Of a stretch of DNA of 64,000 bases, positions 21,172 to 32,048 are shown one piece after another; within the stretch, counting starts at the first letter, position 1, and each line of letters opens with the position of its first letter. The notes beneath the pieces were generated by a model. It made no database searches. It had not been told where the DNA came from and was given only the letters and a program-made list of their open reading frames with translations. Made by a program: the position numbers and the translations under genes. The DNA is taken from assembly GCA_963708105.1 (NCBI GenBank), contig OY970186.1, positions 3,083,221 through 3,147,220 on the forward strand, read 5' to 3'. Origin of the DNA: an uncultured Actinomycetes bacterium (GTDB taxonomy: Bacteria > Actinomycetota > Acidimicrobiia > IMCC26256 > PALSA-610).

Positions 21172-21899
21172 GTGCGCTACCTCGACCTCGCCGATGCCCT
21201 CCGGGCCCGGATCGCGGCCCGCGACGTCGGTGCCGGGGGCGCGCTGGCCGGCGAGCTCGAACTGGCCCGGGAGTACGGCACCAGCCGGGTCACGGTCCGC
21301 CGGGCCCTCGACCTGTTGCGCCAGGAAGGGCTCGTCACGAGCCGCCGGGGCGCGGGTTGGTTCGCGGCCGTCGACCCGGTGCGCCAGCCCCTGGGTCGGG
21401 TCACCACCGTCGAAGCCGCGGTCGAGGCGGCCGGCGCCCGTCCGGGCCGCGAGATCCTCGGCCTTCGGCTTCGTCGACGCGCCCGCACCGGTCGCCGACG
21501 CGCTGCAGGTCGATCGCGGCGCCGACGTGTTGCGGGTCGAGCGGGTCAACCTCGCCGACGACGAACCGTTCGCGCTCGTCACCGTGTGGGTGCGCGGCGA
21601 CGTCGGCGCCGACGTGTCGCGCGCCGATGTCGAGCGGTCGCCGTTCTACGACCTGCTGCCGCTGCGCGGCGTCGAGCTCGGCTCGGTGCACCAGACGATC
21701 ACCGCCGAGATCGCGAGTGCCGCGACGCGCGCGACCTGCTCGCGTGCGCGCCCGGCGCGCCGTTGTTGTTGTGCCGGCGCGTCACGCTCGACGCCGCCGG
21801 ACGCGCCGACGCTCGTTCTCCGAGCACCGCTATCCCGCCGACCGCACGACGTTCGAGATCGAGTTCTCGTTGAGAGCAGGAGCGCTGCAACATGCCTGA
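21172..21899 (+). CDS. GntR/HutC family transcriptional regulator; frame-disrupted as assembled
   Basis: Winged helix LAREYGTSRVTVRRALDLLRQEGLV, UTRA-like C-terminal half ending [15 protein letters not shown]; 3-4 hops. Confidence 0.8.
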
Positions 21900-24151
21900 C
21901 CAAATCGGACCGTCGACCCCGGAGTCGCTCGTCGCCGCCGTGTACGCGGCGTTCCCCGAACGCGATCGCGATCGCGCGCGAACGCCTCGGCCGACCGCTG
22001 ACGTTCGCGGAGAAGATCCTGGCCGCGCACGCCGACGATCCGCGCACCGTCGGGCTCGACGCGCGGCGTCGACTACGCCGACTACCGGCCCGACCGCGTC
22101 GCGATGCAGGACGCGACCGCGCAGATGGCGCTGTTGCAGTTCATGCTCGCGAAGATGCCGTCGGTCGCGGTGCCGACGACGGTGCACTGCGACCACCTGA
22201 TCCAGGCGCGCGTCGGTGCCGACACCGACATGCACGTCGCGCTCGACACCAACCGCGAGGTCTACGACTTCCTCGCAGTCGGTGTCGTCGAAGTACGGCA
22301 TCGGCTTCTGGAAGCCGGGTAGCGGGATCATCCACCAGGTCGTGCTGGAGAACTACGCGTTCCCGGGCGGGATGATGATCGGCACCGACTCGCACACGCC
22401 GAACGCGTGGCGGCCTCGGCATGATCGCGATCGGCGTCGGCGGCGCCGACGCGGTCGACGTGATGGCGGGCTGGCCGTACAACACCCGCGTGCCGAAGCT
22501 CATCGGCGTGCGCCTGACCGGCACGCTGTCGGGCTGGACCGCGGCCAAGGACATCATCTTGAAGGTCGCGGGCATCCTCACCGTGAAGGGCGGCACCGGC
22601 GCGATCGTGCAGTACTTCGGCCCGGGCGCGCAGTCGATCTCGGCTACGGGCAAGGCGACGGTCTGCAACATGGGTGCGGAGATCGGCGCGACGTGTTCGC
22701 TGTTCCCGTACGACCACAACACCGCGAAGTACCTGAAGGCGACGGGCCGCGAAGCGATCGCCGATCTCGCCGACCGCTACGCCGAGCACCTCGTCGACGA
22801 CCCCGAGGTCGAGGCCGACCCCGAGCGCTTCTTCGACCGCGTGATCGAGATCGACCTCTCCGACGCTCGAGCCGCACCTCGTCGGTCCGCACACCCCCGA
22901 CCTCGACCGTCCGGTGTCGGAGATCGCGGCCGACGCCGAACGCGAGGGCTACCCGCGGGAGATCTCGGCCGCGCTCGTCGGTTCGTGCACCAACTCGTCG
23001 TACGAAGACATCGGTCGCGCCGCGCACCTCGCCGCGCCAGGCGTCGGCGCGCGGGCATGCGCGTGAAGGCGCCGCTGATGATCACGCCCGGTTCCGAGCA
23101 GGTGCGCGCGACGATCGAGCGCGACGGACTGCTCGCCGACCTCGAAGCGATCGGCGCGACGGTGCTCGCCAACGCGTGCGGCCCGTGCATCGGGCAGTGG
23201 CGGCGCGACGACGCGCCGGACGGACCGAACGTCATCGTCACGTCGTTCAACCGCAACTTCCCGGCTCGCAACGACGGCAACAAGAACACGCTCGCGTTCA
23301 TCGGTTCGCCGGAGACGGTCGTCGGCATGGCGTTGAGCGGTCGGCTCGACGGTTCGTTCCTCACCGAGTTCGACCCGCCCGATCGCCGACGATCTGCCCG
23401 CGCGCGGCTTCGATCGCGGTGCGAACGGATTCGTCGGCGCCGGCGGCCGACCCGCGACAGTGTCACCGTCGCGGTCGCGCCCGGATCCGACCGGCTCGAA
23501 CTGCTGCAGCCGTTCCCGGCCTGGGACGGCAACGACATCCACGGGCTGCGCGTGCTGTTGAAGGCCAAGGGCAAGTGCACGACCGATCACGTCTCGCCCG
23601 CCGGGCAAGTGGCTGACGTACCGCGGCCACCTCACGAACATCTCCCAGAACCTGTTCCTCGGCGCGGTCAACGCGTTCGCCGACCGACGAGCCGGGCATG
23701 GGTGTCGACGCCCGCGACGGTTCGGTCAAGCCGCTGCCCGAGCTGGCCCGCGAGTACAAGGCCGCCGGCATCGAGTGGATCGCGATCGGCGACGAGAACT
23801 ACGGCGAGGGCTCGTCGCGTGAGCACGCGGCGATGGAGCCGCGGTACATGGGCGGCCGCGCGGTGCTGGCCCGTTCGTTCGCCCGGATCGCGGAGGCGAA
23901 CCTGAAGAAGCAGGGCGTGCTGCCGCTCACGTTCGCCGACCCCGCCGACTACGACAAGATCCGCGCCGACGACGTCGTCGACCTCGACGGTCTGGCCGGC
24001 CTCGCGCCCGGGCAGCACCGTCGAGGTCGTCGTGCACCACGCCGACGGCAGCGACCGACGCCTTCGCCGCGAACCACACGCTCTCCGACGAGCACATCGA
24101 GTGGTTCAAGGCCGGCTCCGCCCTCAACCTCCTCGCCGCCCAAGCCGCTAA
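21892..24151 (+). CDS. acn: Aconitate hydratase (mitochondrial-type, about 750 aa); heavily frame-disrupted, 3' end uncertain
   Basis: [111 protein letters not shown]. At least 10 hops. ATG 21892 overlaps the gntR end by 8 nt. End taken at TAA 24149-24151. Confidence 0.85.
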
Positions 24152-24271
24152 CAGCCGCGAGATTCGCACCAGGCACGAAAGTGTCCGTGGCAGCGTTCGG
24201 TCACGTGCCACTGTTGCGGTCAACGTCGAGCGGTTTTCGCACTGCACTGTTTGGCGACCTTTTGGTGGGCT

Positions 24272-24743
24272 TCAGCCGTGTTGGGCGAGCTCGGCCTGGA
24301 GGTCGAGGCGCTTGGTGATCGCTTCGTGCTCCATGGCGCCCCACTGTTCGCGGGGGACCATCCACATGACTTCGAACTCGTTGCCGTCGGGGTCTTTGCC
24401 GTAGAGCGACTTGGTCACGCCGTGGTCGCTCTCGCCGACGAGTCGACCCATGCGCGACGAGCCGCTCGCGGATCTCGGCGAGGTCGTGGATCGTCTCGAC
24501 CTGCCACGCGAGGTGGTACAGCCCGACGCGGCCCTGCTCGGGGAGCGGCGCTTGCGGGCCGAGCGAGAAGAGCCCGAGGTCGTGATGGTTCTCGGTGCCC
24601 GGCGGCGCGCATGAACACCGCCGCGCCGTCGCCGTAGTCGGCGAGCACCTCGAAGCCGAACGCCTCCGCGTAGAACGCCGCCGACCGGCGTGCGTCGCGC
24701 ACGTAGAGCACCGCGTGGTTGAGTCCTCGACTGTCGCAGTCAT
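24272..24743 (-). CDS. VOC/glyoxalase-family protein; frame-disrupted as assembled
   Basis: [50 protein letters not shown]; ATGA overlap with the upstream cysteine desulfurase. Confidence 0.7.
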
Positions 24744-25864
24744 ACGGCTCGCAACCCCCTCAGTCGTTCGACGATTCCCGGGAACACTTCCACGAAGCGG
24801 TCGACGTCGGCCGTGGTCGACGACCAGCCCACCGATACGCGCAGCGAGCGGTCGGCGTCGACGCCCATCGCCTCCAGCACGGGCGACGGTTCGAGCGTCT
24901 CCGACGAGCACGCCGAGCCGGAATGCACGGCGACGCCGTGCTGGTCGAGCGCGAGCAGGATCGGCTCGGCTTCGACACCGCCGACGCCGAGGCACAGCAC
25001 GTTCGGGAAGCGAACCGTCGCCGAAGCGCTCGACATCCGGGACCGAGTCGACGACAGCCGCGGCCCGTTCGATCAGCGCCCGCTGCGCGGCCGCCTCGCC
25101 GGCAAGGTCGACGGCCGCGCACGCGGCGCCGAAGCCGACCCACGCGGGTACGTTCTCGATGCCGCCCCGCCGGGCGCGTTCCTGCGCGCCGCCGACGAGC
25201 AACGGCGGGATGCCGCAGCCCGCGGCGCACGAGCAGCGCGCCCGCGCCCAACGGACCACCGAGCTTGTGCGCCGTCACCGAACAGAGGTCGGCGCCGAGC
25301 GCGCCGAAGTCGACGGCGATGTGACCCGCGGCCGCGCACGCGTCGACGTGCACGAGCACGCCCCGTGCTCGCGCAACGCCGCGCACGCCTCGGCGACCGG
25401 CTGCACGGTTCCGACTTCGTGATTCGCGAGCTGGACGCTGACGAACGCGGTGTCGTGCCGGACCGCGTCGACCACCGCGGCCGCGTCGAACCGTCCGAAA
25501 CGGTCGACGCCGACGACCGTGACGTCGGCCGCGCCCCGCGCGACCGCGTCGCGCACGCACGAATGCTCGACCGCGGTCGTGACCACGTGATCCGCGGCGT
25601 GCGCGCCAACGCCCGCCGAACACAGCGGTGTTCACCGCTTCGGTACCCGACGACGTGAACACGACCTCGCGCGGCCGCGCCCCGAAGAACGCGGCGACCT
25701 GCTCGCGCGCCGTCTCCAAGCGCGACCCGCGTGGCGCGCCCCTCCGCGTGCAACCGCCCCGGGTCGCCGAACGACGACTCGAGGAACGGCCGCATCGCGT
25801 CGAACGCGGCGGGCCGCAGAGGAGAGGTGGAAGCGTGATCGAGGTACGAGCGCGTCGTCGTCAC
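24740..25864 (-). CDS. Cysteine desulfurase (NifS/IscS-like, class V aminotransferase); frame-disrupted as assembled
   Basis: YLDHASTSP, FTSSGTEAVN, HVDACAAAGHIAVD, SVTAHKLGGPLGAGALLV (PLP lysine), HSGSACSSETLEPS (catalytic Cys); at least 6 hops. Confidence 0.8.
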
Positions 25865-25880
25865 GACAACTGCCGAGCGA

Positions 25881-26591
25881 TCAGACGCGCGTGACGCAGT
25901 GCTGGTCGCCGTCGGGGCGACTCTCGGTCAGCTGCGGCTGCGTCTCGCCGTAGAGGCCTTCGAGCATGCCGCGCACCATGCCGGTGTCGACCGCGCACAA
26001 CACGTGCGGCCACTTCTGCGCGGCTTCGCCGAACGGGCAGTGCTCCGACACGAGCGTGAGCAGGTTGCCGCGGGCTTCGGCGTGGGCGGCGAACCCGTGC
26101 GCGGTCAGCGCGTCGGCGACCGACGCGACCGCGGCCTTCACCGAGCGGTGGCCCTCGGTGGGTTCCATGCGCGCCGCGATCGAGCGGCCGTAGTCGTAGC
26201 CGACCTCTTCGGCCAGCAGCGCGGGCCTCGTCGACGGGCAGTCGCTCCAACGCCCGGGCGAGCAGCGTGGCGAGCAGGTCGTCGCGCTTGGGCGGGAACG
26301 AGAGGTGGGTGTCGCTCGCGGCGGCGCGGTAGCGCTTCGACGGCCGGCCCGGCGGACACGTGGCGCTCGAGCTCGACGTCGAGGTAGCTGCCCGCGCGCG
26401 AGCTTCTCGAGGTGGTGGCGGGCGACGTTCGGGTGCAGCTCGAAGTGCTCGGCGACCTCGGCCGCCTTGGCCCCGTCGGGCGACGAGCGCACGAAGAGGT
26501 AGATGTCGCGGCGGGTGGGGTCGCCGAAGGCGCTCGTGACGGCGGCCACTGCGGCGCCGAACTCGTCCGCAGTGAGATCTTCGTTGGCCAC
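25881..26591 (-). CDS. ArsR/SufR-like winged-helix regulator with Cys-containing C-terminal domain; frame-disrupted
   Basis: DPTRRDIYLFV...AEVAEHFELHPNVARHHLEKL, C-terminal EHCPFGEAA...LCAVDTGM...QHCVTRV*; GTG 26591; upstream of and co-oriented with the desulfurase. Confidence 0.6.
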   Translation of the reverse strand: MANEDLTADEFGAAVAAVTSAFGDPTRRDIYLFVRSSPDGAKAAEVAEHFELHPNVARHHLEKLARGQLPRRRARAPRVRRAGRRSATAPPRATPTSRSRPSATTCSPRCSPGRWSDCPSTRPALLAEEVGYDYGRSIAARMEPTEGHRSVKAAVASVADALTAHGFAAHAEARGNLLTLVSEHCPFGEAAQKWPHVLCAVDTGMVRGMLEGLYGETQPQLTESRPDGDQHCVTRV

Positions 26592-26640
26592 GATCGGTAT
26601 TGTACCTATGTCCGTAGTGGAAATTCCCGGGAGGCCAGAC

Positions 26641-27759
26641 ATGCCCAGCGAGGCCCAGGTGCTCGAGGCCCTGCGCCCGGTCGAGGACCCCGAGATCCAC
26701 CGCTCGATCGTCGAGCTGAACATGGTCCGGGGCATCGAGATCGACGGCGGGAACGTCAAGGTGACCGTCGCCCTGACCGTCGCCGGCTGCCCGATGCGGG
26801 CCGAGATCATCCGGCTCGTCACCGACGCGGTGGCCCCGCTCGAGGGCGTCGACCACGTCGACGTCGACCTCGGCGTCATGACCGAGCAGGAGCGCGCCGC
26901 CCTCGCCCAGCAGCTCCAGGGCGGCCACGCCCACGGCGACGACGGGCAGGTCCACCGGCACCAACCCCTTCACCGATTCCAACACCCGCGTGCTCGCGAT
27001 CTCGTCCGGCAAGGGCGGCGTCGGCAAGTCGTCGGTCACCACCAACCTCGCGGTCGCGCTCGCGCAGCGGGGCCACAAGGTCGCCGCCATCGACGCCGAC
27101 GTCTGGGGCTTCTCGATGCCGCGCATGCTCGGCATCGACCGCCCGCCGACCGTCATCGACGACGTCATCGTCCCGCCCGACGCCAACGGCGTGACGCTGA
27201 TCTCGATGGGCTTCTTCGCCCGCGAGGACCAGCCCGTCGTGTGGCGCGGCCCGATGCTGCACAAGGCGCTCGAGCAGTTCCTCACCGACGTGCATTGGGG
27301 CGAGCCCGACTACCTCATCGTCGACATGCCCCCGGGTACCGGCGACATCGCGTTGTCGATGGCGCAGTTCCTGCCGCGCGCCGAGGTGATCGTCGTCACC
27401 ACGCCGCAGCCGGCCGCGCAGAAGGTCGCGCAACGGGCCGCGTACATGGCGCGCAAGGTGAACCTCTCGGTCGTCGGCGTCATCGAGAACATGTCGTGGT
27501 TCGAGTGCGAGCACGGCACCGAGTACCGGCTCTTCGGCGAAGGCGGCGGCCAGGAGCTCGCCGACCAGCTCGAGGTGCCGCTGCTCGGTCAGGTCCCGCT
27601 CGTGCCCGAGCTGCGGGCCGGCGCCGACAACGGCGAACCGATCGTGGTGTCGCCATCCCGAACGACCCCGCGTCGCAGGTGTTCACCGCGATGGCGGAGC
27701 GCCTCGACGTCGAGATGGCGCCCAAGCGCATCTACCGAACCCAGCTCAAGATCGTCTGA
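26641..27759 (+). CDS. Mrp/ApbC-type Fe-S cluster carrier ATPase; frame-disrupted as assembled
   Basis: DUF59-like N-domain VLEALRPVEDPEIHRSIVELNMV, P-loop SGKGGVGKSSVT, DYLIVDMPPGTGD, ENMSWFECEHG; two hops. Confidence 0.9.
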   Translation: MPSEAQVLEALRPVEDPEIHRSIVELNMVRGIEIDGGNVKVTVALTVAGCPMRAEIIRLVTDAVAPLEGVDHVDVDLGVMTEQERAALAQQLQGGHAHGDDGQVHRHQPLHRFQHPRARDLVRQGRRRQVVGHHQPRGRARAAGPQGRRHRRRRLGLLDAAHARHRPPADRHRRRHRPARRQRRDADLDGLLRPRGPARRVARPDAAQGARAVPHRRALGRARLPHRRHAPGYRRHRVVDGAVPAARRGDRRHHAAAGRAEGRATGRVHGAQGEPLGRRRHREHVVVRVRARHRVPALRRRRRPGARRPARGAAARSGPARARAAGRRRQRRTDRGVAIPNDPASQVFTAMAERLDVEMAPKRIYRTQLKIV

Positions 27760-27776
27760 CGGCTAGGGTCCAGGGC

Positions 27777-28007
27777 ATGGAAGTACGCATCGGCGTGGTG
27801 TACACGGCCCGCGAGCTCACCGTCGAGACCGACGATTCGGTCGACGGTGTGACCGCAACCATCGAGGGCGCGATCTCGGCCGGCGACGGCGTGTTGTGGC
27901 TCACCGACAAGAAGGGCCGTCGGGTCGGCGTGCCGGTCGACAAGATCGCCTACGTCGAGATCGTCACCGACGCCGGTGGTCGCAAGGTCGGCTTCGGCGC
28001 GAGCTAG
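27777..28007 (+). CDS. DUF3107 family protein
   Basis: Intact 76-aa ORF MEVRIGVVYTARELTVET...VGVPVDKIAYVEI, typical of the small actinobacterial DUF3107 proteins. Confidence 0.75.
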   Translation: MEVRIGVVYTARELTVETDDSVDGVTATIEGAISAGDGVLWLTDKKGRRVGVPVDKIAYVEIVTDAGGRKVGFGAS

Positions 28008-28020
28008 CGCGCACGCCGTC

Positions 28021-28991
28021 GTGAACGGGCCCGCGCCCGAACTGCTCGATCGAAGACTCCTCTTCTTCACGGGCAAGGGCGGCGTCGGCAAGAGCACGAT
28101 GGCCGCGGCCACCGCGCTGCTGGCGTCGAGCATCGGCAAGCGGGTCCTGCTCGTCGAGGTCGACGCCAAGGGCGACATCCCCGCGCAGTTCGAGCACGCG
28201 CCGGTCGGGTTCACGCCCAAGGAGATCCACCCCGGCGTCCTCGCGATGGCGATGGACACCGAGGCGTCGCTGCAGGAGTACCTGCGCCTCAACCTGCGCG
28301 TGCCGGTGATCGGGCGCATCGGGCCGCTGGCCCGGGTGCTCGACTTCGTCGCCACCGCCGCGCCGGGCGTGAAGGAGATCCTCACGATCGGCAAGATCGC
28401 GTGGGAGGTGCGCGAGGCGATCGAGGGCCGCGCCGACTTCGACCTCGTGGTCGTCGACGCGGCCGCGACCGGTCACATCGTCGCCCAACTCGGCGCGGCC
28501 GACGCGATCCGCGAGCTCGTCGACGTCGGCCCGCTGCGCAGCCAGACGCAATGGGTGTCGGAGCTGCTCGCCGATCCCGCGATCACCGCGGTCAACGTCG
28601 TGACCACGCCCGAGGAGATGCCGGTCGCGGAGACGATCGAGCTCGTCGGCCGCATCCGCACCGAGGTCAACGTTCCGCTCGGCAGCGTCATCGTGAACCG
28701 GGTGCTGCCCGAGCTGTTCACCCGCGCCGACGAGGAGACGTTCGAGGCGCTGCGCGCGCCGGAGCCGCGCGCGGCTGCTGACCGCGCGCGTCGGCCGCGG
28801 CGCAACCGACGTGCTCGACGCGGCCCGGCTCGCGGTCTCGCTGCGCCGCACGCGCGCGACCCACCTCGAGTAGCTGCAGCAGTCGGTCGACCTCCCGCTG
28901 CTGTACGTGCCGTACCTGTTCGTGCGCGCCCACGGGCTTGCGCGTGACGCGCATGGTGGCCGACGCGCTCGGCGCGGAGCTGGGCCTGTGA
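28021..28991 (+). CDS. ArsA-like (anion-transporting ATPase family) P-loop protein 1; one in-frame TAG and frame hops near the 3' end
   Basis: FFTGKGGVGKST, VVVDAAATGH, VNVVTTPEEMPV. In-frame TAG at 28871-28873 inside THLE*LQQSVDLPLLYVPYLF. Tail ADALGAELGL* (TGA 28989-28991). Confidence 0.75.
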
Positions 28992-30218
28992 GCGCGCGCG
29001 CCGACCGCGAACCCGACGCGCCGGTCACGCTCGAGCAGCTCCTCGCGGCCAAGGAGATCGTCGTCTTCTGCGGATCGGGCGGCGTCGGCAAGACCTCGGT
29101 CGCGGCCGCGGCCGCGCTGGGCGCGACCGTGCACCTCGGCGGCAAGGTGCTGGTGCTCACGATCGACCCGGCCCGCCGCCTCGCGACCGCGCTCGGCCTC
29201 GAGGGACTCGGCAACCGCGCCAACCGGGTCGCGCCCGAGGTGTTGAAGGCGGCCGGCATCGAGCCGCGCGGCGAGCTCTGGGCCGCGATGCTCGACACGA
29301 AGCAGTCGTGGGACGACCTCGTGCTGCGCCACGCGCCCGACGAGGAGACCGCGTACCGCATCCTCGAGAACCGGCTGTACACAACCTCACCGCGCGCTTC
29401 GTGCAGAGCCACGACTACATCGCGATGGAGCGGCTGTTCGAGATCCACGCGAGCGGCGAGTACGACCTCATCGTGATCGACACCCCGCCGACGCGCAACG
29501 CGATCGACTTCCTCGACGCGCCCGCGCGCATGGCCGACTTCTTCGGCAGCCGACTGCTGCGCTGGCTCACGCTGCCGTACCGCGTCGGCGGTCGGCGCGG
29601 AACGCGCGTGCTGAACGTCGCGAGCCGGCCCTTCTACCAAATGGCCGATCGCATCCTCGGCAGCCAGTTCCTGCAGGACATCGCCGAGTTCTTCCTGAAC
29701 TTCCAGTCGATGTACGACGGCTTCGTCACGCGGTCCACGCGCGGTCGAGCGGCTGCTGCACGACAAGCGCACGACGTTCGCGGTCGTCACCACGCTCGAG
29801 GCCGCGCCGTTGCACGAAGCCGAGCGGTTCTGCGCCGACGCTCGTCGCACCGCAAGTTCCATCTCGGCGCGCTCGTGCTCAACAAGACCCTGCCCGACTC
29901 GCTGCGCGACCCCGACGGTGCCGCGGCCGCGACCGCGTGCATCGACGACGCCGGCCCGCTCGCCGGACGCGCTCGTCGAGACCGGCGACCCCGCTCTCGA
30001 CCGAGCGCGACCGCACGGCGCGAGTCCTGCGAACGATCGGGGAGTCGTACCGGAACTTCTCGGTGGTGGCGATGCGCGAGGCCGAGCTGCGGGCCGAGCT
30101 GTCGCGCGGGTCGCCCGACGTCGTCGACCCGCATCCCGACGTTCGACGACGACATCAGCGACGTCGACGGGCTCGACGAGATCGGCCGCTACCTGTTCCG
30201 ACGGAGCCCAGCGCGTGA
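28988..30218 (+). CDS. ArsA-like P-loop protein 2; frame-disrupted as assembled
   Basis: GTG 28988 overlaps the stop of copy 1; FCGSGGVGKTSV, LTIDPARRLA, IVIDTPPTRNAIDFLDAP, FHLGALVLNKTLP; at least 5 hops. Confidence 0.75.
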
Positions 30219-31680
30219 GCACCCTCGAAGACCTCGCGCTCGCGCGGACTGCGCTGTCGGGCGCCGATCTCGTGCACATGGAGCGCCTCGGCTCTGCGTG
30301 GCGGCCGCTGGCCGACCTCTCGTTCGCCGACCTCTTGCTGCTCGCGCCGATCACCGGCGAGGAGGGCCACCGCTTCGTCGTGCTCGCCCAGGTCCGGCCC
30401 GTCACCGGGCAGACCAACTACCCGCAGGACCTCGTCGGCACCGTCGTCGACGAGGTGGAACGCCCGTTGTACGCGCGGTGTTGGCGTTCGGGCGACATCG
30501 TGCGGGGCGACACCGCCGCGCTCGGATCCAAGGACCGCGTGCGCGTGCAGGTCATCCCGGTGCGCCGCGACGACCGGCTCATCGGGCTGCGTCACGCGCG
30601 AAGAGTCGATGACGCTCGCCCGGCGTTCGGGTGAGCTCGAACGCACCTACTTCGACGTGTTCGACCGCTTCGCCCGCATGATCGCCGACGGCACCTTCCC
30701 GTTCGACGTCGACGAGGTCGAGATGGAGAGCGCGCCGCGCGTCGGCGACGGCGTCATCGTCATCGACGCCGAGACGCGCGTGAAGTTCGCGAGCCCGAAC
30801 GCGGTCAGCTCGCTGCACCGCATGGGCATCCACGCGTACGCGCAGTCGCAACGCCTGATCGACGTCGGCTTCGACGACACCGCGGCGCGCAGCGCGATGC
30901 TCCTGCACCTCCCCGTTGCGGAGGAGATCGAACGCGACGACGTGTCGGTGCTGGTGCGGGTGCTGCCGCTCGATCGACCAGCGCCAACCCGCGGGCGCGC
31001 TCGTGCTGCTCCGCGACGTCAGCGACCTCCGGCGCCGCGACCGATTGCTGCTCTCGAAGGACGCGACGATCCGCGAGATCCATCACCGGGTCAAGAACAA
31101 CCTGCAGACGATCGCGTCGCTGCTGCGGCTCCAGGGCCGGCGGCTGAAGTCGCCCGGAGGCCCGGGCCGCGCTGTCGGAATCGGAGCGGCGGATCCGTTC
31201 GATCGCGATCGTGCACGAGACGTTGTCGCGGGAGGCGGGCGACGTCGTGTCGCTCAACGAGATCGTGCGGCCGCTGGCCCGGCTGGTCGAGGACACCGCG
31301 TCGACGCCGGAGCACACGATCCGGTTCAAGGTCGAAGGCGATGCCGGCGAGCTGCCGGGCGAGGTCGCGACCCCGCTCGCGGTCGTGCTCAACGAGCTCA
31401 TGCAGAACGCCGTCGACCACGCGTTCCCCGCAGGGTCGCGAGCGACGCGCTCGTCGAGGTGACGCTGGCCCGCACCGACGGTCACGTCGAGATCGAGGTG
31501 CGCGACAACGGCACCGGTCTGCCCGACCAGTTCACCCTCGAGGGGTCGCGCGGACTCGGCCTCTCGATCGTCCAGGCGCTGGTGACGAGCGAGCTCCAGG
31601 GCTCGATCGAGATGCACGACGACAACGGCACCTCCGTCCGGGTACGGGTACCCGTCGAGATGCCGCGGGTCGAGCTCTGA
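30215..31680 (+). CDS. pdtaS: PdtaS-like cytoplasmic sensor histidine kinase; frame-disrupted as assembled
   Basis: GTGA start-stop overlap with the preceding gene. GAF/PAS-like N-terminal half (FADLLLLAPITGEEGHRFVVLAQVRPVTGQTNY; VGDGVIVIDAETRVKFASPNAVS). H-box IHHRVKNNLQTIASLLRLQ. ATPase part NELMQNAVDHAF, VRDNGTGLP, GLGLSIVQAL. Confidence 0.75.
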
Positions 31681-31689
31681 GTCGCGCGG

Positions 31690-31996
31690 TCAGGCCGAGG
31701 CGGGTGGCCGGTGCCGGCGTGACGGCGACGTCGAGGCCCTTGCGGAGCCGGCGCCGTTCGTCTTCGGTGGTGCCGCCCCAGACGCCGGCCTCTTGGTTCG
31801 TCGCGAGGGCGAACTCGAGGCACTGGCCCGTGACCGGGCACTCGTCGCAGACCTGCTTCGCGGCGTCGATCTGGTCGAGCGCGAGGCCGGTGGTCCCGAT
31901 CGGGAAGAACAGCTCGGGGCTGGTGTCGCGACAAGACGCCTTGTCCCGCCAGTCCTCGGCGTCCCAATCGTGGGTCCGAATCCAGGTCAAAGCCAC
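31690..31996 (-). CDS. whiB: WhiB1-like Fe-S transcription factor; 3' end uncertain
   Basis: DWRDKASCRDTSPELFFPIG...AKQVCDECPVTGQCLEFAL...GVWGGTTEDERRRLRK (four Cys, GVWGG turn). Shine-Dalgarno-like aggggggaa before GTG 31996. The assembled frame runs on to 31532, so a hop to TGA 31690-31692 is assumed. Confidence 0.8.
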
Positions 31997-32048
31997 TTTG
32001 TCTTCCCCCCTGCTGGGTCGCATAGCTGCGGCGGCCGCGCCGCGTACT

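Noticed and set aside
28871-28873. Programmed read-through or pyrrolysine at the in-frame TAG
   Set aside because: No pyl genes or recoding context are visible, and a single substitution is the simpler explanation.
27964-30417. Very long ORFs opposite to or out of frame with recognised genes. Examples: 817 aa at 27964-30417 minus, 622 aa at 3367-5235 minus, 864 aa at 38745-41339 minus, 486 aa at 8084-9544 minus, 429 aa at 62711-64000 minus.
   Set aside because: Their translations are Arg/Ala/Pro/Gly-rich low-complexity strings, or mosaics of short real segments. They overlap genes with clear motifs on the other strand or frame. Stop-poor alternative frames are expected at about 70% GC.
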